Part shown: positions 1-11,780 of the stretch, piece after piece | Position numbering within the stretch: position 1 is the first letter of the stretch | Layout: each line of letters starts with the position of its first letter | Assembly (NCBI RefSeq): GCF_036321535.1 | Contig: NC_087437.1 | Location: forward strand, 111,540,001-111,604,000 | DNA from: Camelus dromedarius | Lineage: Eukaryota | Reading direction: 5' to 3' | DNA: 64,000 nucleotides | Program-made: the position numbers and the translations under genes | Notes under the pieces: generated by a model | What the model was told of the DNA's origin: nothing | Databases searched by the model: none | The model's input: only the letters and a program-made list of their open reading frames with translations

Positions 1-484
1 GCCTCTCTTCCCTTCCTGTCTCCTTCCCCCCCCCCACCCCCCGTACTCCATCTCTGGTCACAGTGATAGCCTAATGACTGTGCGCATTTCCTATAAAGAA
101 AACACTGAAGGAAAAACAACGTCACCTTCAAGTTTTAGGTTATAAATTAAAGTGAGACAAAAACCAATGCCAAACGTCAAGGTCTTCGAGGTATTTGTTA
201 AGATAGACATGTCATTATTATCTCAGAGAGTTGACCTTGATGGAAGTATTAGTTCTTACTTATGTCAAGGGGGAAAATAATTTTTTAATCAGTTTTTCTA
301 CCAGGGCACTTTTGTGGGTACTTAAAAGTTAAGATTATTACCAGAGCAGAAAATTCATTTTAACAATCAGTAGTTTGTTAGAAGTGAAAATTCCAAACTA
401 ATGAAATTAAAATTATGTTCAATTGGAAAATGTATCAAGGAAGAAAGGGAGGGAGGGAGGGGAGAGAAGAAGGGAGGGGTGAAG

Positions 485-935
485 GTGTCAACTTAACTGC
501 ATCACCAGATGCCCTGATATCTCATTAACACTATTTCTGGGAGTGTCTGTGAGGGTTTCCAGAAGACATTAGCATTTGAATCAGTGGACTCAGTAAAGCA
601 GATGACCCTCCCCAACTTGGTGGGCACCCTTCAATCCTTTGAGAGCCTGAATAGAATAAAAAATTGAATTCTGTCTCTACCTGACTGAATATCAGTCTTT
701 CTCTGCCTCGTTCTCAAGCCCTCAGACTTGAACTGCTTGCACACACTGAGATATGTACATATATTTATACAAGCACACATATATACACATATATTATAGT
801 ATGTATATTTGCAATGAAATTGATTATAAGAAATTGGCTTATACAATTATGAAAGCTGAGAATTCGTGTGTGTATGTATGTATATACATATATATATCTC
901 CTCCTATTGGCTCTGTATCTTGAGAACTTTAATAC
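485..935 (+). mobile_element. MLT2-type (ERVL) solo LTR
   Basis: Recognisable MLT2 motifs (GTGTCAACTT..., ATTAGCATTTGAATCAGTGGACT, CTCCTATTGG...TAATACA end). Recalled consensus; boundaries approximate. Confidence 0.75.
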
Positions 936-1004
936 AGAAGGAAGGAAAGAAAAGAAGAAAAAGTAAATTTGTCTATAATTCCTCAATTTTAAAAAGGTTA
1001 TATA

Positions 1005-1300
1005 TCACAGACATAGAAAACACACTTATGGTTACCGAACGGGAAAGAGCAAGCAGGGATAAATTGGGAGTTTGGGATTAGCAGATACACACTACTATGC
1101 ATAAATGAGATAAACAACAAAGACCTATTGTACAGCACAGGGAACCATATTCAATATCTTGTAATAACCTACAAAGGTAAAGAATCTGAAAAAGAACAGG
1201 CATACATACATGTATAACTGAATCACTTTGCTGTACAGCTGAAACAACACAACATAGTAAATCAACTATACTTCAATTTGAAAATGTAAAAAAAAAAAAT
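1005..1300 (+). mobile_element. L1 3' end (cetartiodactyl type) with A-rich tail
   Basis: GTACAGCACAGGGAAC...TATAACTGAATCACTTTGCTGTACA...TAAATCAACTATACTTCAAT, then polyA. Confidence 0.8.
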
Positions 1301-1789
1301 CAAAAACAAACAAGAACAACCATTCAAATAGCTCAAAATCTCACGATTCTATAGATGAGCCATTTAATTCAGGCTCAGCTGGTGCTCTTTGGATTTTGGC
1401 TGTGCTCACCCACGGGTCTATGGTCAGCGGCTGGTCAGCTAGGGCGCTCCACTCCCAGGGGTTAGCTGGCTGTTGACTGGGTGGCATGTCTCCGATCACC
1501 CAGCAGGCTAGCCGGTGCTTGTTCACACAGTGACTGGGCAGGGGCCTGGGACAGTGGGCACACGGATGGCCTCTTAAGTCCTTGGCCTGAAACTTACACA
1601 ACTTAGCAGTTCTACCTATTAGTCAAAGACAAAACAAGTCGTCAAAGACAAAACAAGTCATCAAATCAAAAACATGGAGAAATTGGCTTCAATTTTTGAT
1701 GTGAAGAGAATGCAAAGTTACTGGGTGTACCAGGAGAAGAATTACAGGCATTTTTCCAATACACCATATATATCTATTGGTATTGACAT

Positions 1790-2335
1790 TTTTGAAAACT
1801 GTTTAGCAGTACCTAGCAAAGCTATGCTCATCAACCTACTCTTCATATATAACCAATATACAAATTAGTAGTTATGTCCACCATATATGTGAAAAAGAAT
1901 GTTCATAATAGTGAAAAACTGGAAAGAACCCAAGTATTCATCAACAGGAGAATGGATAAATCAATCAACCACAGAATATTCATACAATGGAATAGCATAC
2001 AGGGAAAAAAAAGCAACATGTTGAATAAGAGAAGAAAGATACAAAAGAGTATATATTGTATTGCATGATTAGATCTAAGTGAGGCTTAAAACTATGCAAA
2101 ACTAATCTGTGATGACAGAGGTCAGAAAAGTGGTTTCTTTGATGTTTATGGGGGGATGGGGGACAGGACTCCACCAGGAAGGACCTGAGGAAGCCTGCTC
2201 GGGCACTGAAATGCTCTATATTTTGATCTGGATGATGGTTACATGTGTGTATACGCATATGTGTGATTCATCAAGCTATATCTGTTAAGACATATGTGTT
2301 TAATTTATTGTAAGTTACACCACAATTTTAAAATA
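1790..2335 (+). mobile_element. Old L1M 3' fragment
   Basis: AAACTGGAAA..CCCAA..TCATCAACAGGAGAATGGATAAA and TTTTGATCTGGATGATGGTTACA motifs. Confidence 0.65.
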
Positions 2336-3607
2336 TTTCTTTAAAGGGTGGTAGTGGTGATAAATCTGCGTGATTGGAGTTGAGGGGAGGGTAAGTCACT
2401 GGGGCCTGGCAGGATCAGAGAAGTTGTCTTGGGCCATGGGGAATTTAAACATGAAGGAGCCGAATAGGAAGATTTAGATATTGGCGGAGGGGGCCCATTT
2501 TCCCGCTTGAGTCAGCTGTCCTCCACCTGCCAATTTTGCCAATCCCCATTACTCCAACCTTCCAACCTTCTAAGTTTAGGAAGAAATTGTAGTGACTTGG
2601 TCAGATACTTGCTTAAAAGTATAAAAATATATACAACCCCAATTAAGGGAGAGCTAGTAGCATAATTGTTTCTACTTCGACACATCCTGAAAAGTCAGAG
2701 ATCCTGTATCTATCTTCTTATCAACCAGATCTCATTCAGCCTTGAAACTGAACCCCTCTTTGGTCACATGTCTCTGCTGCTAATAGTCTAGTCTAGGTCA
2801 ATGCATTTGACCTTCAAGTCCCAGTTGAAGAGTCCCTGTCCCTTCTCCCTCCTTGTAACCATGTCTGTGTCTTACGAACGCAATGTTCCTTGCCAGCTGC
2901 TTTTTATGAGCCACATTTTTGAAGACTGCCTGGTGCCAAGGGGAACTCATTAGACTGGGAGTTGGGAGACTTGATTCCAATCTGGACTCAGTCACTAATT
3001 GGATGGGTAAGACTGAATAAGCCAGTCAACTTTCTGGAAAATATTGTGTGTGTGCATGCACGTGGGTGCATGCTGGTGGATGACGATGGTAGCTGAAGAT
3101 TGGGAGATTTTTACTAGAGGTTCTTCAATAAGGGCAAACAGAGGGCTGGAGAACATGAACAGTTAAGGCAAGAAATAGAAGGAATTCATATGTATCCTAG
3201 GTTGACATTATGCACAGAAAGGGATGGAATGGATTAAGACAGATGGGGTGAAAGTAGAGGTGGACGAGAAGATGGGCTTGTTGGAGGGTGAGAAATGAGA
3301 AAAGAAGATGATGAGATGGAAGGAAAGGCGCATTTGCTGGCAGGTGACAATAACAGCTCATATTTATGGGCACCTCCTACGGTCAGGGCTGCTGTCAGTA
3401 CTGTACCTGGCTGTCCCCATTTGTCCTCCCCAGCTCCCCAGCAGACACATGCTGTGGTCATGCCCATCTCACAGCTGAGAAAAACCCACTGAGAGAGGCT
3501 AAGTCACTTGTTCATGGCCACACTGCTGTGAAGAGGAAGAGACAGGATTTGAAGGAGGCAGTCTGGCTCCAGAATCCATCCCCATGTCCCTTACACTCCA
3601 TGTCCTA

Positions 3608-3700
3608 TTTTTTTTTTTTTTTTGATGGAGGTACTGGGGATGGAACCCAGGACTTTATGCATGGTAAGCACTGTTCTACCACTGAGCTATACCCGCCCCC
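3608..3700 (-). mobile_element. tRNA-Ala-derived SINE (camelid Vic-type)
   Basis: Reverse strand reads GGGTATAGCTCAGTGGTAGA...GTCCTGGGTTCCATCCCCAGTACCTCCA followed by polyA. Confidence 0.85.
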
Positions 3701-4778
3701 CTGCACTGTCCCTTAACCAAGTACTCCTGGGTGGCATGTGCACAGCTGTGTCTACAGCAACATCGGAGGTGCACAGCTATGTGCATGGCGTACAGAGTGT
3801 CTTTTCAAGTGGATCTTCCCCCTGCTACCCCACCCCAACTTTGGAAACCCTGGAGCTCATTTCTCCCTTTCCAATCAACTGAACCACCTTGGTTCAGTTC
3901 AGAGGGAGGGGTCCCCAAGAAATGCCTCAGGCTCAGCAGGCTTGGGGGCACTGGATCAAAACCAGCAGAGGGCCTGAAGTTATCTGGGTTCGCCGTCTAC
4001 ACTATCAGTGCCCAGCTGTACTCTGGTAGTGTAGACCTGAATCAAGAACTCTAGAAAATTGGTATATTTCATAACTAATTCTCAAAGGCTAAATTCTAGG
4101 GCTCCTCTCACATTTAGTCCTACTCATTCGAAATATTTGAAATGTTTCTCTTGATTGCATCTGTGCTCTTAGAAGACTTGGAGTCCTTGTCGTCAGCCAA
4201 GGGCTGGTGAACCCTGGGGCCCTATTTCCCCAGAGTGCAATCCATGTGGGATCTTGGCCCGCAAAACAGCCTCTCCAGTCTGAACAGAGGCTGCTGGCTT
4301 GTTGGTTCTTGGGGGATCCTATAAAAGCTGGGAGGTGTGCTCAATTGGAACAGGGAGTTCTTTTGGTTTAATTAATTGGTGATGTGTATTGCATGAGAGG
4401 GGTTGTAAGTTCAGGGCCGACATCACTCAATTTCTGCCCTCGAATAATGAATCTAAGCCAGTGAGCTGTACTGGTTGCTTAATAGCAGCAAGAACTGCTT
4501 TAATATAAGTCAAGGGCGCTGCCGGTCGTTTGATTTGGTTTTCCTAAGTTATTAAGTATTTAAGGCCAAAAGTGATTGTCCTTTCTACCCCTAGTTCACA
4601 TCTTGTCTTTCACGAGGCCCAGGGGGATCTGTTTTCCTATCTGAAAGCTGAGGGCCAACCTGGACCTGCGCTGGGACCTCAGGCTCCCACCTCGCGGATC
4701 TGTTTGTCTTGGAGTCCCGTCAAGCCGGGCGGTATGGAACACTCTGCTTGCACACTGAAGATGTCAGGCACACCCCCC

Positions 4779-4825
4779 TGACCTTTCTCCTAGCCCAACA
4801 GCTCCGATAAGTGGGCAGGCCTTGA
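4779..4825. promoter_or_regulatory. Candidate MRAP proximal promoter elements: DR1/PPRE-like TGACCTTTCTCCT (4779-4791), GATAA (4806-4810), SF-1-like TCAAGGCCT on the - strand (4817-4825)
   Basis: Motif matches 110-155 nt upstream of the MRAP ATG, consistent with adrenal and adipocyte expression. Motif-level evidence only. Confidence 0.45.
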
Positions 4826-4933
4826 GCCTGGAGACCCACAGACACACTTGGATGATTTTTACAGAAATCTGCTGGGCGATCTCCTGGTAGAGCTTGGGGC
4901 GGCTCCGAGGTGCCTCCTCCCAGCGCCGCAGGC

Positions 4934-5039
4934 ATGGCCAACAGGACCAACGCCTCCGCCGCGTACTACAGCTACGAATACTACATGGACTACTTGGACC
5001 TCATTCCTGTGGATGAGAAGAAGCTGAAAGCCAACAAAC
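4934..5039 (+). CDS. MRAP: MRAP coding exon 1 ([35 protein letters not shown])
   Basis: ATG in good Kozak context (GGCATGG). Carries the [22 protein letters not shown] signature of MRAP1. 106 nt, ends at AC|GTGAGT donor (phase 1). Confidence 0.98.
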
Positions 5040-7387
5040 GTGAGTCCTTGAACTGGGGAAGCCAGCCAGGCAGAGGCTGGGGTTTGGCCCAAACAACTTC
5101 CCTCCATTCACTTGTGAACTCCGGCAGGCATCATGGGGAAGCCGGGACGTGCCCCCGGATTCATGGCTACAGGTGAAAGGAGGGTGACACCTGTTATCCT
5201 CAGTAATAAGTTTGGAACAAACCCCCTGAGAAAGTAAAAAATACGCTATGGGAGCAGAATAGACCGGTAAGATAGATTTCTTAATAGAGTTTGATTTTTC
5301 TAGGGTTCCAGTGAGCTGAGTAAGTTTCTTCAAATTGTAGATTTTGAGTTTTCTATTGACTCTGTGCACATGTGAGAGAGAGAGAGTCATTATGTCCACT
5401 CCTCAGATGTATGACTCACTAACTCCTATTTAAGTACCCACCGATGTTTAATCTTCTTCACGGTCTCGGGACGGACAATCGCACGAGTTAACATCCTTTC
5501 CCTCATCTTCCCTGCTCAGTCTTTATCTCTTGAGTAACTTGGTACTTCGTGAGCAATCTTCTCGCATTTTTCCAGCTACTCAGGCAAGATAACAAGTAAG
5601 CTGAGGAAATGAGCATGAAAAACAAAACAAAATAAAACAGAAACAAAGTTTCAGTCCCAGGAGCGCATCCTCTCTGCCTGTCCCAAAGTCTGGGATGCTT
5701 TGGCATTTCACTACGGTCATGCAATGTGTCCGTCAAAGAATAAACGCAGTTTTTAGAAGGAATGAGATGCTTCTCGTATGAAAAGAAAGATAGTCTATTA
5801 CACCCCAGCTCAGAACTGAAGTTCACTCAGATGTTAGTATTTAATAAAAGGAGGCAGATCCCTGGCAGGACCCTTCGTGAAAGTCTTTTAGAACGTCTGA
5901 TTAGGAAGTATTTCTGTTTCCAGTTTCATTGACAACTTCCAGAACTTGAGGTGCCCATCCTTGTTTGCTGAGGACTTACTGTCCCAGCACTGCAGCAGAG
6001 CTTTTGGACGGGACAATAGTTTTCGTGTGTTTTCTGATACAAGGTATATGATCATGAAATTAAAATGCAGATTTTTGCACATACAGCTCACAGTAAGGAA
6101 GACATATAGGAACAGGCATAAAGTGGCAGGTTTGAAATAAAAGCCCACTCTCATGTATATATTATCACAAGTCCAGAACTTCAGGATATGTCTTGATCTG
6201 GACAACAACATGTAGGTCTGCAGTCAGGAAAGACTTTTAAAAAATTAACTTGATTAAATAAAATCCTGGCTCAGCTTGAGACACTTCCCTCCTTTTGTGT
6301 GACATGCCGCCTGACCATAACCTGGGTTTCAAAACTCCTCCCTGAGGCTTTGGGTGGGGGGGTCCCTTTGCAACTTTAGAATCTTAGGACCAACAATCTC
6401 AATCTTCTGCCCCCACCACCCTTACCCACTAAACAACTTCCATTTCTGGGAAAAATGTCTTGTGTTCTCTAAACTGTGTGTGAGGTTGCAGATGATCTTT
6501 CTTGCACACATGAACCAGAGTTGGAAGTTTATACCCGGTGAGCCCAGAAATCGGGTTCAATAAGAAACTCCTCCCCAAATTCTCAAACCCAGTAAAGACC
6601 CTTTTAGAGAGGAAGCTTGCTTCAGATGCCAGTCACTGGCCCTCCAGACAACCTAGATGTTGGGGGCTTTTGACACCCACAGGGAGGGGCCACTCACTGG
6701 GTCCCTCCTATGAAGAGTAAACATCCAGTGGTGCTTTGATAGAAGTTATCCAAGTTACACATCTCAGGGGACACACAAAGTGGCTCTCCCCCATATTTTC
6801 ATACAGACAATGGAAAACGTGACATCTATAATTTTAAAAAACTCAACTAGCTTCTTGGAACTCCCCCCACTCCAATAAATTAAACTTTATCAAGAAATCC
6901 ATCTTAAGTGTCTCAAAAGTATCTTTGTGTGTTAGGAAGTTGATTCTAACTGTATTACAGGAGCTCTCAGATACCACGTTACATCCAGCCCCCGGTGTCA
7001 GGCATCTTCGACACCCACGGGAGAGGGTGCCTTTATTTCCATCTGTCCCTCACACATCACAGGCCTCGTGTCTTATCCGAATTTAATTTCTCTTGTCTCT
7101 GGAAAAGATGTTTGGTGCTAGACAAAAATCCCCCCCCCCCCCACCAGGGTGTTTACGCCTTGAATAGGCATTTGCCTGTTTCATTCTGGGAGACTGGCTC
7201 CGGGGCAGCGGCTGTGTAGAGGCTGTGGATGTGGACTCCCGAGGCTGTCGGCTGTAATTCGCATCTGAGCTCAGCCACTTACTAGCCCTGTGACTTTGGG
7301 CAAATAAATTGGGACGGCCGGGCCAAATTCAGGAGGAGGGAATGAGATGTGTTCCAATGGGAGAAGGGTTAAAAATTCAAGGCAGTC

Positions 7388-8010
7388 TTTTTTTTTTTAA
7401 ATTAAACTATGGTTGCTTTATAATATTGTATTAGTTCCGATTGTACAGCAAAGTGATTCGGTTATACATATATATGTATTCTTTTTTCTGATTCTTTTCC
7501 ATAATAGCTTATTATAAGACATCGAATACAGCTCTCTGGGCCATACAGAAAATCCTTGTTGTTTATTTGTTTCATATACAGTAGTGCATGTCCGTTAATC
7601 CTATACTCCTAGTTTATCCCTCCCCCTCTTTCTATGTCTGTGTCTGTTTCTGTTTTGTAAATAAGTTCATTTGTACTATTTTTTAGATTCCACATATAAA
7701 TGATATCACCTAATATTTGTCTTTCTGTCTGACTGACTTCATTTGGTATGATGATCTCCAAGTCCATCCATGTTGCTGCAAATGGCATTATTTCATTCTT
7801 TTTCATGGCCAAGTAGTATTCCTGTGTGTGTGTGTGTGTGTATCACATCTTCTTTATCCAGTCGTCAGTCGATGGACATTCAGGTTGCTTCCATGTCTTG
7901 GGTATTGTAAATAGTGTTGCTGTAAACATTGGGTGCATGTATCTTTTCAAATTATTTTTTTCTCTGGATATATGCCCAGGAGTGGAATTGCTGGGTCATA
8001 TGGTAAGTCT
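7388..8010 (-). mobile_element. L1 3' end, antisense in MRAP intron
   Basis: PolyT at the left end. Track ORF MAMKKNEIMPFAATWMDLEII is the L1 ORF2 C-terminus. Confidence 0.88.
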
Positions 8011-10692
8011 GTTTTTGCACGTACACACACCTATACACCCATTTACAATTAGTCTCCTACTCTGTGTAGTATTTGCAATAACTCCTTCCCGGAGCTGCTG
8101 TGAGCAAACTGAGAACTTACTTGAGTCCCCTCCCTCTTCCCTGGGCCTGTCTGTAATTGTATCAGGCTGGGCCCAGTGGGTGGGCAAGTGGCCATCCTCT
8201 CCAATGGAGGGAGGACAGGATGCTGAGCTTGCTGGAAGTTCTGTCGTCAGCTGGTGATAATAACTCCATGTTCTTGCAACTTTAGAAAACATCAACCTAC
8301 AAGTTTACTTCCTTCTTCCCCCTGCTTTCTGTCTCTCTCCATCTTCATTTCCAGCTCCACAACCTTTTCTTCCCCTTGTTGCACTCCCCTTAGGGTAACC
8401 AACCTTCTAGGTTTGCCAAGGACTGTCCCACAGATGCATACCAGGGCACCCAGGAACATCAAATGGTCATCTTGATTCTCCTCTTCTTCCACAAGCCCCA
8501 CAGACATAGTAATAGGGCTGCGCTATCCCATCAGGCAGAGAAAATTAGGAAAAAGCTCCTTCTCTGGGCACACAGCTAATCACAACCCATTCAGGCAGTG
8601 CACAACATGTGTAACTTTTCACGGCGTCCCTGCATAGGAGAGACTCCAGGCTCAACCACAGGCCTTTTGCTCATTTCCCTGCCCCTTCCTTTCCCAATAG
8701 GTCTAAGTTTCCCCTTCCCTCTTGTTAGTCCTTCTGAAATTAGGCACTGTCAATTTTGTTTTCATTCTGTTGCATGAGACCCACTTCCACAGTAGACCAG
8801 AAACACTCCACACATTTTCCCACCTTCTGGATGTTACTCATGAATAATTAAACAATCAAAATTCTGTGACTATCCATTACAGGCCAGACTCTGCACTGGG
8901 AGCTGGCGGTACAAAAGCAAAAAGACTAAATCCATGTCCTCAATTTTTTTGCAATAGCTATTTTATTACTATTATTACCCATTTTGTGATCATAGATAAT
9001 CGATAATCCAAGTAGGTTACAGACATCATAACATTCCTCTACCAAACTTAGGAAACTATTAAAAGTTAGAACATAACAGTACATCTAAAGATTTCAGTAA
9101 TTATTTCCTAGTATCATCTAATACCCAATTCTCCAATTTTCCCCAAATGTGTGTGAGAACTGTTGTCCGCTCCATGCTGATGGGCTGCATCTGGTGATGT
9201 CCCTGAAGTGTCTTTTTGTCTAATAGGCCCTTTTTGTAGATGACACTGGCTTGAGGAAGCAATCGAGCAGGTCACTGTTTATCCTCAAGGTCCCATCGGG
9301 TGGGACACACTGATCGTGAATAAACAGTTACTCAGCTCATGACATTAGGCTGGAGATTTGCAAAATTTGCCAACAGAGCACAGGGAAGGACATCCTTAGA
9401 GAGAAGTAAGAGGTGAAGGAAGGCTTCCCAGGGAAGACTCGGGAAAGCTGAGTCCAAAAGGTTGAATTTGCCTGCTACACGGAGGGCGGGCGCAGGGTAG
9501 AGAACAGTTACACTCCTGTGCATAAAGGACGTGCGTCCGGAAGGGTGTTTTGGGAAAAGTGACAGAGGCTGTGCTTCTGAGGACCCCAGGAAGCTGTGGG
9601 GGGTCGTTTCAAATTGTTAAGCAGGGAAGAGACAAGGTCCAGTTTGCTTGCTAAGGGTCTCACTCTGGTGAACATAGAAATGTGAGGGTGGGTAGGGAAG
9701 TGGTGAGATCTGGGCAGGAGACGGCCACAGGCTGGGGCTGGAAGCATGCAGTTGAACAGATCCCTCCCCTGTGCCCTGGTGTTACAGATGCGAAGGTGGA
9801 AGTACGTAGGGGAACAAGGGCACAGAGGGGCCGAGTGACCTGCTTAATGTCACCCCGTGAGATACTTACAGAGCCGGGACCTACATTCCAGCTCCGACGC
9901 CTCAGGACTCTTCCCAGCACACTTGGCAGATTGGGGGCAGATTCTCACCACGATGCCAGACCCAGCAGGGCAGGAAACTTCAGCCATCTCTCTCTCTCTC
10001 CTCAGCTCCCGACCAGTGGCTAGCACACAGTAGGCACACCATAGGTCTTTGTGGAATGAATGAATGAGTAAGTACATGTGAAGTGGGCAGCTACTGCATG
10101 CATTAATTTTTATGATGAATATTTCCATCAGTTATTAATTTATTGCCTCTTGGCTCTGAATGAATCTTTCAAAATGTGCTCTGTGACCAATGACAGAATT
10201 CCTTTAAAGTGAGCACATGTTAGGCCTTCTCAGGAAAGGGTTCTGGAGAGGCATCTTCTGCAAGAGGGTGGTGGGCGGGGAGGGGGAGAGGTCAGCAGTG
10301 AGGGTGTGGGTACGTCTGGTGGAACCAGCCCTGGGCCCTGGCGCAGAATCTGGTCCCTCTAAGATCGTGCAGCCTCGGCATAGTGGTAATCTCTCTGTGG
10401 CCATCTCAACACAGAAACCAAAGCCCCTGGGCCAGCTGTAGCCTGTTGAGGACCGGGTCACACACAGAGGGGCTGCGCCTCCTAGAGCCCCCACCAGCCA
10501 GCTCCCCCCTCACGTCTCCATCCCTTCCCCTCAAGGCTGGGGCTCTGGAGTATGCATGGTTTGTGTGTGGTTTGTGCAGGAGCTCCAGGCCAGCTCAGAC
10601 CTGACTAAACCAGCCAACTTTTCTGCCATCCATTGGCCAGACCACATCTCCTCCAGGGAGGTCTGAACCCCATCCCACTTTGTTCTTCCTTG

Positions 10693-11083
10693 GTGTCACG
10701 GGCTGAATCATGTCCTCCTGCCTCCAGTCCTTTGTCGAAGTCCTAACCCCCAGTACTCCAGAATGTGACTGCATATGGAGACAAGGCCTTTCTAGAGGTA
10801 ATTAAGTTAAAATGAGGTCATTGGGATGGGCCTTAACCCAAAATGACCGGTGTCCTTGTAAGGGGAGCTTAGAACACACACACACACAGACACACACCCC
10901 GAGGGACGACCACGTGAGGACCTAGCGAGAAGGCGCCATCTGCAGGCTGAGGAAGGAGGCCTCAGAAGAAACCGACCCTGCTGACACTGATCTTGGACTT
11001 CGAGCATCCAGAATTCCACAACTGTGAGAGAATAAAAGTCTGTTGTTTAAATTATCCAGACGTGGTATTTTGTTCCAGCAGCC
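10693..11083 (+). mobile_element. MLT1 (ERVL-MaLR) LTR
   Basis: GAAGTCCTAACCCCCAGTAC...GTAATTAAGTTAAAATGAGGTCAT...AACTGTGAGAGAATAAA motifs. Confidence 0.8.
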
Positions 11084-11356
11084 TGTCAGTCTATTCAGAC
11101 TGCTACAACAAAATGCCATAGACTGGATGGATTGTAAACAGCTGAAATGTACTTCTCACGGGTCCGCAGGCTGGGACGTGTGCATCAGACACATAGGCAA
11201 GGCCCTGGGGCAGCCCCACTGACTCAAGGGCAGGGCGCCAACTGCCCTCTCCTGCAAGGTGAGGGGTGTGGTGGACTCTGAATATTGTCTACTGTCCCTA
11301 AAGAAAATTCTTTAGAGTTAAGCATCACTAAATCAGATTTTAAGTAGTCAACATCC

Positions 11357-11780
11357 GCCTCAGTCTACTCAGGCTGCCATAACAAGATAGCACAGGCTGG
11401 ATGGCTTAAACAACAAGCAATTATTTCTCACAGTTTTGGGGGGCTGGAAGTCCAAGATCAAGGTGGCCACAGACTCACTGTCTGGTGAGGGCTTGCTTCC
11501 CGGCTTGTAGGTGGCCCCCTTCTCATTGTGTGCTCACACAGCCTTCCCTTTGTGCGCTCACACAGCCTTCCCTTTGTGCAAACGGAGAGAGAAAGTGTGT
11601 ATGTGTATCTCTTTCTCTTAGTATAAGGGCGCTATTCCCAACAAGGGGCTCCACCCTCATGACCTCTTCTAAACCTAATCACCTCTCAACGGCCCCACCT
11701 CCAAATACCATCACACTGGGGATTAGGGCTTCCACATGAGAATTGGAGCGGGAAGGGCCCAGACATTCAGTCCATAGCAG
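11357..11780 (-). mobile_element. MLT1 (MLT1A-like) LTR
   Basis: GGCTGCCATAACAA...TTATTTCTCACAGTT...CCCCACCTCCAAATACCATCACACTGGGGATTAGGG...ACATTCAGTCCATAGCA. Confidence 0.8.

Noticed and set aside
4320..4326. TATAAAA about 610 bp upstream of the MRAP ATG
   Set aside because: An isolated motif with no supporting TSS evidence.
5040..5176. ORF 4910-5176 continuing past the MRAP exon 1 donor
   Set aside because: Read-through into the intron. MRAP similarity stops at the GTGAGT donor and resumes at 17338.
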